The position numbers and the translations under genes were made by a program. Below are positions 16,637 through 30,212 of a stretch of DNA of 64,000 nucleotides, piece after piece. Below the pieces are notes generated by a model. That model searched no databases and was not told the origin of the DNA. It worked only from the letters and a program-made list of their open reading frames with translations. The stretch comes from Eledone cirrhosa (Eukaryota), in assembly GCA_964016885.1 (NCBI GenBank), contig OZ024741.1, positions 213,342,001 through 213,406,000 on the forward strand, written 5' to 3'. Position 1 is the first letter of the stretch; each line of letters begins with the position of its first letter.

Positions 16637-16871
16637 AGGGGATTCCTTTCTTCGTTTCTCTGCCTTTCCTTTCTTCTATCCTACGCCATTTTGTTTCTGT
16701 GTGTGTGTTGTGTGCTCAGTTTGCGCATGCGCCACATCCGGGTGTCTGTGTGTGTTTGTGTTCATTTTTCTATTTTTCTATTTATATTTTTTTTTCTATT
16801 TGTTTATTTATTTATTTATTTATTGTTGGTTGGTTGTTTGTTCTATGTGTGTGTGTGTTTTCATTTTGTCC

Positions 16872-19546
16872 TTAATTGTAAGTTGTGATGTTGCTGTTCC
16901 ACTCATATTTTCTATTTAATTTTGGTTTTAATTCTTTTATGCTTACTGCCTCTGTAATTTGCCTAAACATTGCATCTTTTCTGTGTGTGGATTCTATTTT
17001 TATTTCTATGCTCTCTAATCTACCCCTGTGTTCTATCTTAGCATGTTGGTAGAGCATAGATGATTCTTTATTATCTTGGAGGTCTCGCCAGTGTTCATTT
17101 ATTCGTTCCCCTATACTACGAGCTGTCTCACCTATGTACACTATATTTTTGTTTCTACATTGTCCTTCAGTACATCTTATGCTATACACTACATTTCTAG
17201 TTTTACAGTTAATATGGGGGCTTATTTTACAGGTTATACATTTCTTATCTATACATGAGGGTCTTTGGAACGGGTATGTCTTGCTAATAAGTGTTTTTAC
17301 GGAGGTACCAGGTCTTTCTACTATCTTAATATTGAGATTATGTTTATTTAGGGCCCTTCTAAATTTGTAGGCTAGTTCGCCTCTAGGGGTTGTATTGATG
17401 AACATTACACTCTGGTATTTATTGCTATCATACCATGAGTTTATTCTATTGGCCTTGTTCCTAGTTCTTTCTATTCTATTCCAAAATTTGCTCCTATACA
17501 AGGGGCAGGTCCCATTTATGTCATTATTTACCATTTTTTCCCATTTGGTTCTGGCTCCTTTATACACTCTGATTCTATCTCTCTGATTGTAGCCAGAGAA
17601 CTGCATACGGTGGATGAAGTGTTGTATGTGTCTCTCTAGTTCTTCGGGGTTGCACATGCGGGACACATTTCTCATACCCGTACCAAATCCGCAATCAGTA
17701 TGTTGATTTTGGTATGGTCCGAAATGGCCGAGATCCGGTGGATCAGATGTTTGGAAGTCATGGGTTTGGCATAATGGGAATGGAGGATTTGTTTTTGGTT
17801 GTTAATGGTATCTAACCAGAGCTCTGTGTCTAGTACAGGTAATCGATGGTTGGGGTGTCTACTTGGGTAGTCTATAGTAACTCTAATGCTCTGGTGGATG
17901 GAGTTTGCTATTTGCTGGATGCTTTCCATTGTGTTTTTCTCTAGTTCCTGACTGTTCTTTAGAGGGGGTGTCTTAACTACGATGTTTATATCATCTACGT
18001 AGCGGGAGTACATTATCAGGGTTAAGCTGTCTTCTAATTGTTCATTAAGTTTTTGTTTAAATCTACTGTCCCACCATACCATGAATAAGTTAGCTATGTC
18101 GCCTGCAATGCTAACACCAATGGCTGCTCCTTTCTCTTGGGCATATGTTTTACCATTAAATTTGAACATATGTTCCTTAAGGGTTAATTTTATGCTGGCC
18201 CCTACCGCATGTGCAATCATTTTCTTCAGTTCATCGTGGTTTTCGGGTGTCCGTATGGCTCTGGTCCACCCGTTCCATCTATCTGTGTGGGTTTTCTTGG
18301 CCATTGAGGTAATGGTAGGTGGTCTGCCTCTTGCTGGTCTTGTAGGGCACAGGTTGCTAAGGTCATAAGTGTCTAGGTAACTATTACTATGGGTAAGCCT
18401 AAGTAGAAGTCCCAGCTCACAGGTATCAATCCCACGGAACTCAACCTTGCTCTCGCTGATCATTTCTACGCATTTCTCCACAGCAAAATCCACGTCAATA
18501 GATGGATACAGGGACACAACATCCATACTGCCTATTATGCAGTTTGTTAGGTCCCCAGATCGGTTACCCGCGCCGATTCTGCTGAGGAGGTCCTCCGTGC
18601 TGTCACACACATCTGGGGACATCTCAATGATGGGGCGTATGATCAGGGAGAGGAAGTAGGACAGTCTGTAGTTACTAGCAATGTTAGCCCCACAGACTGG
18701 CCGTGTTGGTGGTCCCGCGACAGGGTCCCAGCCCGTTTTATCGTCTTTTCGAAGCCCATACAACGCCGGCACGTCATTGTTCCAGGCCTAGAAGTTGTTG
18801 GCAGTCCTTTTGTTGGGCTGCATTATATTCGTCCACATCACCATATGGGCATTGAGGGCTTTTTCTCTATCCTCATGCTCCTGTGTGGGTTGCATTGCCT
18901 GGATGTAGTTTGGCAGGCTGTCAACCGACATTCTGCCAGACTTGTCTGTTGGAAAACATGCTATCTCTCCATTACGCGAGCGCTGCATGAGCTTACGCAA
19001 GCCATTTGCAGATTCTTCTCCCAGTTGCTGGGCCTCTATTCTATTATGCTTCTTGCTATACTCTTCTATAATATTTCTAAGTTCGGATTTAGCTATACTA
19101 AATTGCGCTTCTGTTTGTTCATCGACCTGAGACGGCAACTGCGTGCGTTTGTTAAATGGCAAAGTCGTGGCGTGGACTCGTCGTAGGTCGAATGATTTAT
19201 CGGAGGGGTTATAAAACGGAGAGTTCCAGGCTGCTGCTTTATGTGTACTAGTGCTATTATTATTGTTAGTTGTGTTGTTTCTATTTCCACCAACAGCCTC
19301 AGCTTCATGGTTGTTTCTATGTCTCTCATAATTACTCCTGTCTCTTTCCACTGGCTCAATGTTGTTATCTACCCTATTTTGTGTGTCTGTGTGTTCGTCT
19401 TGGTTATTCTCTTTGTCCTTAGTCTCCCATCTCCTTTTCCTTTTAATCCTATTACTTTCTCTTATTTCTCTGATTTCTGTGCTACTGTCATTACTTGTTT
19501 TCTGTGTCTGTGTGTTTGTTAAGATTGTGGTGGTGGTGAGAGGCAT
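16872..19546 (-). pseudogene. PLE1 polyprotein (RT + C-terminal GIY-YIG); in-frame TAG at 18788 and frameshift at about 17675
   Basis: TDKSG, LYGLRK, SMDVVSLYPSI, QEKGAAIG, RYVDDI, LPVLD; CxxxxCxxC linker; NVVY..YIGETAR..RINEH..EA..PKLN. Confidence 0.92.
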
Positions 19547-19962
19547 TGAATGCGTGTGTGTTGTTGTTGTTGATGTGTGTTGTTGTTGATGTGTGTTGTT
19601 GTTGTCTCCGTGTGTGTGTGTGTGTTATCGTTGTTGTGTGTGTTGTTATTGTTGTTTGTGTCTGCGTGTCTGTTGTTGTTGTATCTGGGTATGTTGCTAT
19701 TGTTGTTGTTGTTGATGTGTGTGTTGTTGTTATTGTTGTCTCCGTGTGTGTTATCGTTGTTGTGTGTGTTGTTATTGTTGTTTGTGTCTGCGTGTCTGTT
19801 GTTGTTGTATCTGGGTATGTTGCTATTGTTGTTGTTGTTGTATTGTTGTTTGTGTCTGTGTGTCTGTTGTTGTTGGGATGTGTGTTGTATATGTGTGTGC
19901 GTATATTGTTGCTTTTGTTTTTGATGCTCCAGCGTAGTTTTGAAACGAAGAAAGGAATCCCC

Positions 19963-20007
19963 AGTCACTGAAGAGGTCACAGAGTGTGTGACGAAAGGAC
20001 TATGACT
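19963..20007 (+). ncRNA. Minimal type I hammerhead (family B) in the inverted 5' repeat
   Basis: aguca CUGAAGA g gucac..gugac GAAA ggac UA ugacu. Confidence 0.87.
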
Positions 20008-20237
20008 ATATATATAAACAACTATCTGGTTGTGGAACCAACCAACCAACCAGAAATTTATAAGTTTGTAGATTTGTAAATTTGTAAATTTATAAATTTA
20101 TAAATATATAATAAATTGAAGTGAAAGCAACTGGTGCGTGTGTTTCTTATTGGCAACATGACCCTCCCAAAGTATAACAATATCGGTTTCAACACACGAT
20201 TTCAGATAAAGAATCTTGCTAAACAAATTCAGAAACG

Positions 20238-20275
<38 letters not shown>

Positions 20276-20387
20276 CGATAAATTAACGGAGCCTAGACTC
20301 TCGCTATTCCCTGTCATTAATGTGGTGCTTTTTCCCTGTTTGACTGATGGCGAACTGTCTCTCTCTCAGGTGTCTTATCTTTTCTAC

Positions 20388-20466
<79 letters not shown>

Positions 20467-20849
20467 AGCTCATAGATAGGACAACACACTGTTTTTAGAG
20501 GAGGTAAGTTTTAGTAATTTTCGTATTTTGAAAGATCAAAATACAACAACAAACTTTTTGTTGATTGAACTCCGGGCAAATGTTCTGACAGAAGCTGTGG
20601 AAGCTACAGAAATATTCCATATATTTTTCCAGAGCAATCTCTATTTAAATTTTAAATTTTACGCTTACCTGTCCCCTATTACAAAATGGCCTTCAATTCA
20701 AATTTTAAAAAGAGAGGTGAAGGGACAAGTGAACTATGAACTTGTTACAGCTCACTGCCCCCCCCCCCCTCCGGCACCACAATAACGTCTACACTCGCTA
20801 GCAATAATGATAGCCTTTCCGTGGGAATTAGAAGGAACCGCGACATAAA

Positions 20850-21245
20850 TTGCAACTGCCGCGATAGCGGACGCGGGCCCCCTTAGAGGATACTGCTTGA
20901 CTGATAGGTTATAAATAGGTGCACTGTAACTAGCCACAATAGCGTTAAACATTATATAGGGGCTACCTCTGGTCCGTTCAAAATAAGATTTCGAACACAT
21001 CTCCACTCTTTCACAAATAAGAAATTAACGCACTCCACTTCGCTCGCGGACTACATCACATCATTAAAAAACTTAAACCTTAGCTTCTCCACGCACTGGG
21101 ATATTGTCGGCAGGGCTGCACCGTACAACTTCGGGAGGAGGTGCGATCTTTGCCTCATGGAGCTCTACCACATCATAAGAGCACCCCACGAGCAGTGGTG
21201 AAGCGACGATAAGCTGTACACATCGCTTAAAAATATCCTTCTTCA
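20850..21245 (+). pseudogene. GIY-YIG C-terminal fragment of a third PLE (absent from the ORF track)
   Basis: Hand translation CNCRD..VINRC..HYIGATSGPFKIRFRTHLHSF..STSLADYI..WDIV..CDLCLME..CTHR parallels ORF 48079-48564 and its continuation. Confidence 0.85.
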
Positions 21246-21390
21246 GATGTGATAAGGATGAGGAGTGAAACCGTATACCGAGTCTCCCTGCAACAAGTTT
21301 TAATACCCCGACGAGCAGGCGCTGCAAAAAACATCCGGAAACTAACCATACATCCCAGACCCACCTTCAAATGACCCAGGCGGGCAGGTG

Positions 21391-22953
21391 CAGCGTTCCT
21401 TTGTCAGGGTTGAACAAATGAGCAACGATGGTTGCTAGACACTGTACGGCTTAATTCGTGATGTTTGTTTACCGAGCATTATAATAAATATTCGGTGAAT
21501 CCATACGTACATATATATATGTGTGCATGTATATATATATATATACATACTACTGTACGTCTGTATACATATATGTATGTACGTATACATACTTATATTT
21601 AAGTAACAGCCGTACTAAGAGTGAGAAATGAAATTTCGTTTCATTTTTTCCGTTTATCGTTTTCGGTACCCCGGCCGATTAACTCACTCGATATGCAAAT
21701 TAGGCTGCTCATCCGTTAATATGCATAAGGAAAGTATATACTTTCAGACGTTCAATCATCTGGCAGGAAGGTATACGTTGCTGACGATAGCTAATAATCT
21801 TGAAACTAGTACAGCGTTCCTTTGTCAGTGTTGAACAAATGAGCAACGATGGTTGCTAGACACTGTACGGCTTAATTCGGGATGTTTGTTTACAAACACA
21901 CCGAGCATTATAATAAATGTTCGGTGAATCCATACGTACATATATATATGTGTGCATGTATGTATATATATATATACATACTACTGTACGTCTGTATACA
22001 TATATGTATGTACGTATACATACTTATATTTAAGTAACAGCCATACAAAGAATGGGAAATGAAATTTCGTTTCATTTTTTTCGTTTACCGCTTTCGGTAC
22101 CCCGGCCGATTAACTCACTCGATATGCAAATTAGGCTGCTCATCCGTTAATATGCATAAGGAAAGTATCTACTTTCAGACGTTCAATCATCTGGCAGGAA
22201 GGTATACGTTGCTGACGATAGCTAATAAGCTTGAAACTAGTACAGCGTTCCTTTGTCAGTGTTGAACAAATGAGCAACGATGGTTACTAGACACTGTAGG
22301 GCTTAATTCGGGATGTTTGTTTACATACACACATAGCATTATAATAAATATTTGGTGAATCCATACGTGCATATATATATATGTGTGCATGTATGTATAT
22401 ATATATATACCTACTACTTTACGTCTGTATACATATATGTATGTACGTATACATTATTATATTTAAGTAACAGCCGTACTAAGAGTGGGAAATGAAATTT
22501 CGTTTCATTTTTTCCGTTTATCGTTTTCGGTACCCCGGCTGATTAACTCACTCGATATGCAAATTAGGCTGCTCAGCCGTTAATATGCATAAGGAAAGTA
22601 TATACTTTCAGACGTTCAGTCATCTGGCAGAAAGGTATACGTTGCTGACGATAGCTAATAAGCTTGAAACTAGTACATCGTTCCTTTGTCAGGGTTGAAC
22701 AAATGAGCAACGATGGTTGCTAGACACTGTACGGCTTAATTCGGGATGTTTGTTTACAAACACACCGAGCATTATAATAAATGTTCGGTGAATCCATACG
22801 TACATATATATATATATGTGTGCATGTATGTATATATATATACATACTACTGTACGTCTGTATACATATATGTATGTACGTATACATACGTATATTTAAG
22901 TAACAGCCGTACTAAGAGTGAGAAATGAAATTTCGTTTCATTTTTTCCGTTTA
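21391..22953 (+). repeat. Family A tandem array (3.6 units of ~431 bp), HHRs at 21775-21817, 22206-22248 and 22639-22681
   Basis: CTGACGA at 21781, 22212 and 22645 (periods 431, 433), each acgttg CUGACGA uagcu-aaua-agcuu GAAA cuag UA cagcgu or a near variant. Confidence 0.93.
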
Positions 22954-23664
22954 TATTAATATATATTCTATTAGAATTGACCTAGAGCTAATAATATAAC
23001 CTTTATACTCATTTCTGTGACGTGTTAAAATTACCAACAGTCACATAAGGAAAGACAACTATATGCTATATAACACTCTATCTATTTCCACCATCAATTA
23101 GAGACTATATTTCTGTCATTCTACATGTCAGCTGAAGGAATACCAAAATAAGTCATCTTTGTCTATATTAGCAAATTTTATTTTCTACTTCTTTTAATAT
23201 ATTCTTCATTTTATTTTTATTTATTTATTTTATTATGTATTTGTTTATTTATTTTTTCCTTTCTCAGTTATTGATCTTCGGCCGTCATATCTACCTTCCA
23301 TTCCACTCTTTCTCTCACATGTTGTTAGTCTATTAACTTCATCTCAGAAAGTATACTAGAATTTTTATTTTTGGTCGACCCCGCAGCGGTAAAGCTGACC
23401 TGTGGAAAATTTTGATTAATGTATAAAGAGCTTAGAATTAGAGTTATAGTTTTAAGTTTGCTGTTCCATGCCTGCACACGAGTTTGACGAATTTCGGATA
23501 TTATCTTGGTTCTATGGACATTAAGTGACTGGGTGTACAAATCTTCCCCCTTCCGACCTCTTGATGGTATTTAAGTTCATTACAGGGTGATTTCGTATTT
23601 TTCTAAAACTTAGTTTCGATAAACGTGTTCTCCGGTGGTATTAGATCTCATACTAAAATATACC

Positions 23665-24305
23665 TAAGTCTAGGGCGGGTAAAATTCCCGATATCCATGG
23701 ATGAGTTTTCTCCAGCGGTCTCTGTCCTTCATTAACGCTGCCATGTCCTGCGTCTCCAAGAGACCAGTGTCTGTCCTTAGGGCATCAACATATGTTAACC
23801 TCGGTTTTCCTCTTCCAGTGTGTCCATGCAGGGGCTCCCACAGGAGCACTGAGTGCAGTGTCAACTCTGGATGTCGGTGAGCATGTCCAGCTAACCTCAG
23901 TCTCCTCTGTGCTATTCTCGAGCTGACCTTTGGTAGAGAATATTAAGAAGCCAGAGAAGATTACTAATGTAGGGGGGAAGACGTTAGAATTGTTTGAGGA
24001 CTTCCTGTATTTGGGAGCAAAGATTGGGAATACGGAAGATGATGTGGTCGAGAGGAAGAGCAAAGCCTGGGCGGCGTGCCACAGCTTGAGATCGATGTGG
24101 AAGTCGGACCTTCGTAAAGACCTGAAGATCCGTCTCTTCGTTGCTACAGTGGAGTTTGTGTTACTGTACGGGTCTGAGACTAGGACACTGACCAAGAAAC
24201 TCACCCAGATGGTGGATGGGTGCTACACGAGAATGCTGAGGATGGCTTTGAACATTAATCAGTATACACTGAGGATGAAGAGCTCAGAGCTGTACGGCAA
24301 CCTCC
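23665..24305. mobile_element. RTE-type LINE 3' part with a 5' inversion
   Basis: + strand FLYLG..LLYGSET..YGNL; - strand from 23936 LPKVSSRIAQRRLRLAGH..GRGKPR..W. Confidence 0.85.
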
Positions 24306-24782
24306 AAAAATACCTATATATCTACCAAAATATACCACTCCACTGACCTGAAGATTGTAACGAACCCCAACTTTTTCTTTCGTTTTAACGTTTCTGATAC
24401 CATCCTAGTCAAAACTTCTCCTTTTAACCTGCGAAATAAAGACAACCATTTTAAAGGTTTATTACTTAAATTAAAGGGTGGTAAATTTGCAAAGAGCGGT
24501 GGATTGTCAGTATCGGTAGAGGGTCGGACACCATGCTTTGCAGCAAACAGTTACGGTCTTTTATGGCCAGAGTAATATAGAAACAATTATTTAGATTAAA
24601 TTCAACCGGAATTTGTTTCCTCTATAGAACTATTTTACCCTCTTTTCTAAATTATTATTTATAGCAATCGACTGTAGTTACAGATATTTTCTGCGTTTGA
24701 GATTTGTACATTTTCTAAGAATTTAAATTAAAATCGCTTGATATAATTGTATATAAAACGCATAATGTTATGTTTAATACCA

Positions 24783-24975
24783 GAGGGCGGTGGATTGGCA
24801 GTATCGGTAGAGGGTCGGACGCCATGCTTTCCAGCATAGTTACGTCCCTTTACGATCTGAGTTCAAATCCCGCCGAGGTTGACTTTGCCTTTCATCCTTA
24901 CGGGGTCGATAAAATAAAGTACCAGTAATGCACTGGGTAACTGCTGGCCTTGTCCCTAAAGTAGAAACAGTTATG
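24783..24975 (+). mobile_element. tRNA-derived SINE (main family; partial copy at 24495-24570)
   Basis: A box tggcagtatcgg, B box gagttcaaatcc, core gcctttcatcc..gtcgataaaataaagtacc. Confidence 0.88.
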
Positions 24976-25122
24976 TTTAATACCAGAATGCTACGTTACT
25001 ATCTTATCAATGAAATAATTAATTAACTCTAGCATATTCCTCAAACTTCTTTATAAATCGAAGTGTGTTTCATTATAAATATGTTACGGAAGGGTTAATA
25101 AATCAAAATTGTAGTTTGAATG

Positions 25123-25153
<31 letters not shown>

Positions 25154-25462
25154 TTTTCAAAAAAAGAAAAAGTTCATTCATATATTCGAAAAGTTTTAGT
25201 AAGAATAGAAAAGTAAACATCGTAGTCTCGGGGGAGAGTCAGGTTAAAACATAAATTTTATTTCTAAATAGTGAACTAGTCTGAGGAATATGTAACTGGT
25301 GTTAAATCTAAAGAAATGGAATAGGAAAAAAATATTCATCATTTTTGACAGCATGGACAAAATAAAACTTTTAACTTTCTTGCTATTCCCTGAGAGTTAT
25401 GTATTGTTTAATCACATTCACACCCATGTGACACATTTTATTCATTATATATGTAGATTGAC

Positions 25463-25665
25463 ACTATCGGTAGAGCGCCGGACACCAGACTTTGCAGCAT
25501 AGAATTGCGGCCCTTTACGGTCTGAGTTCAAATTCCACCGACGTCAGCGTTGCATTTCATCCTTCCGGGGTCGATAAAATCAAGCACCAGTAATACACTG
25601 GGATCGATTTAATCGACTTTCCGCTTTCCCCAAATTGCTGGCCTTGTGCCTGTAATAGGAATCAT
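25463..25665 (+). mobile_element. tRNA-derived SINE
   Basis: Same B box and core. Confidence 0.85.
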
Positions 25666-26054
25666 TATATATAACTACAGCCGTCTCTCACAATGGTGTT
25701 TGACTGGGTTTACAGTACTAACATTTCGACAAGGGTTTTAGCAAGCCATGCAGTACCAAGGAAACAGAGCCACCATCTAGATTTTTCCTCGCCTGATGCA
25801 ATGAAACACAGAGGATGTGAAAAACTGAAGGAGAAGGCCTGCATTATCGGTGCTACGGTTATTACTTTATCCATACCGAAAGAATGAAAAGCAAAGTGCA
25901 TTTCGGCATGATTTGAACTCAGAACGCCATACGCAGAACATATATATGTATAACCAGTTCTTTGAGAAAACAATACTTCGGGACAGGGCATATTAAAGGA
26001 CCGAAATAACGGAGGTAAACTTTGTGTTTCTGCTTTCTTTCTGTTCGAGTTCTA

Positions 26055-26113
26055 GCTGCCTGATGAGGTCATAGCTGTTGAATAATGATTATCACCGAAA
26101 TATATATTACAGT
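26055..26113 (+). ncRNA. HHR-like motif (family H)
   Basis: gcugc CUGAUGA ggu..acc GAAA uauaua UU acagu; first stem I pair mismatched. Confidence 0.55.
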
Positions 26114-26272
26114 GAATATGAATAATTGAAGTTAATTTTAACATGTTGACTTACACTTCTTGTTTTTAATTACTCCGGAGTAAAGAGACCCACCTGCGCA
26201 CTTCGTTGAGTGCTCTACGCTGCAACCTAAAGTGGTCGGTAACCAACAAACACATAGTAAAATTTATATATA

Positions 26273-26309
<37 letters not shown>

Positions 26310-26988
26310 TCATCATCATTTTACGTACCCTTTTTCCCTGTTTGCAAGGGTGGGACGGGTTCTATTCAGTACAATATCTCACCACTTGTCACGGTCCTCT
26401 CTTCCGTGAGCTTCAGCGATCTGAGGTCTGCTCTCACCACCTCCGCCCATGTCTTTCGTTGTGTTCCTCTACTGCGTCTTCCTTCTTAATTACATATATA
26501 TATGTAATTAAGAGACAAAGCATGCCGAATAGACGGGTATAGCTTCGATAGTTTCATCTCTCACTCAATGACCAATGAAGTTAGTATTATTAAAATTCGA
26601 ATCCTGGTGACTAGAGTGCAAACTTTCGTTAATCAATAAGAAAGACTACTTCGTGTGGGTAAGAATGTTAAGGTACCCTGACTTCTTTAACAGTTTCTGC
26701 AGTCCCGATCTGCTGGCAGGGTTCTGAAAGGAACAGTCATGTGCAGAATATTAAGTAATGTAGTACACATTACGTAGACATTGGGTTGGTTTGTCAGCGG
26801 GAGTTAGCCTCCCTGTGATAGAAAGACAATAATGGCATGCTACCAGCTTCAGTTACTACTGGCAAGTCACTGTAGTAGTAAACCCATCATTATATGAAGC
26901 ATGCATATATGTATATGTATATATATTTATATATACTGTATATATGTATACATACATACATATACACACACACACACACACATGCACG

Positions 26989-27019
<31 letters not shown>

Positions 27020-27196
27020 GTATGTATATATATATATACATATATATACATACACACACACATATATATGTATTTATACAATTGTATATACATATATATA
27101 TATATATAAATATAAGTATGTGTGTGTATATATATATACTTATATATACATACACACACACATATATATGTATTTATACATATGTATATACATATA

Positions 27197-29042
<1,846 letters not shown>

Positions 29043-29627
29043 TATATATATATATATATTCTTCATTTATTATATTTATCCTATATGCAACAACACAGCT
29101 CGCCATTATTCATTCTTATATGCTTTCCCCTTCGCTGTGACCTGTCTTTTTCTCTTCCCTTACTGCTCTCCTCTTTCTCTCTCTTTGCCCCTCTTACTTT
29201 CACTCACCCCCTATGCTAGTTACCCTCTCTCGGCTAGCCTTTTCTTCACACTTTCACTCTCTGCTACTCACCTCTGTATCACTTCCTCCATCATCCCACA
29301 CCGTATGATATTCTTTCTTCGCTCACATCCGCACGGCCAAGATGTGTCTTTGCCTTCTCGCCAATATTCGCAAGTTCTTATGTTCAAAATGAATTATTGA
29401 CTTGATTTTCTCATTTTTTCCTCTCTTTACGTTGCCTAACCATTCGTGTTTGTTTACCTGTCTCTCTTTCTCCACCCAACTCCTTTTATCCCAATAACTT
29501 AATTTAGTTATTGCATTGTCCTAGCCGGAAGTATATTGTCTGTAATGCGAAGAAATACCTATGATGACTAGTAGACCACTGATGACGGATATTCCTGGCT
29601 TCTATTTCTAATTCTTCATTTATTATG

Positions 29628-29722
<95 letters not shown>

Positions 29723-29865
29723 ATATATACATATATATATATATATTTATGTTTAGTGGTTTACTACTGGTTTGAACTAGTTATTCCGTTTAGTAACCAT
29801 AATGTAAATCACTCTACGTTATGCAACTCATCATGTTATTTTAATTAAACCTATATATATATATA

Positions 29866-30160
29866 AGATGGCGTAAGCATACAATGCAACGGGAGGAAAC
29901 ATAATAACACCACTGGCGATGTTGCAGATGTGCAACGAAAGAACTTTGATAGACTATATATATGTGTTTGTGTCTATATTGTATCTGTATTTTTGACCGT
30001 TGGTCAGTCAATGGCAACATTGAGGACCGAATAAATTAAATTAACCGATATAAAAGACACAGAAGCGAAAAGCGAAAACCAACCAAACAGTGAGTGTGTT
30101 CTGTTATTAATTCTGGCAATACTATTACACAAATATGACCCTCCCCAAGTATAACAATAA
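29866..30160 (+). mobile_element. Solo PLE terminal repeat (family B'), HHR core mutated (CTGGCGA at 29913)
   Basis: Homologous to 43786-44075; shares atgaccctc..aagtataacaat with the PLE1 repeat. Confidence 0.7.
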
Positions 30161-30169
30161 TTATATATA

Positions 30170-30212
<43 letters not shown>

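Larger units (their letters stand above)
15883..20703 (-). mobile_element. Penelope-like element PLE1 bounded by ~770-bp inverted repeats
   Basis: RT+GIY-YIG ORF; 15883-16656 is the reverse complement of 19944-20703; one HHR in each arm. Confidence 0.93.

Noticed and set aside
17672-18790. Selenocysteine read-through in PLE1
   Set aside because: The in-frame stop is TAG; the TGA at 17672 coincides with a frameshift
24783-24880. tRNA gene
   Set aside because: A/B boxes too far apart, no cloverleaf, multi-copy with SINE body
29505-29600. HHR or C/D-box snoRNA (CTGATGA at 29579, ATGATGA just upstream)
   Set aside because: No GAAA in a compatible stem arrangement; boxes too close for a snoRNA
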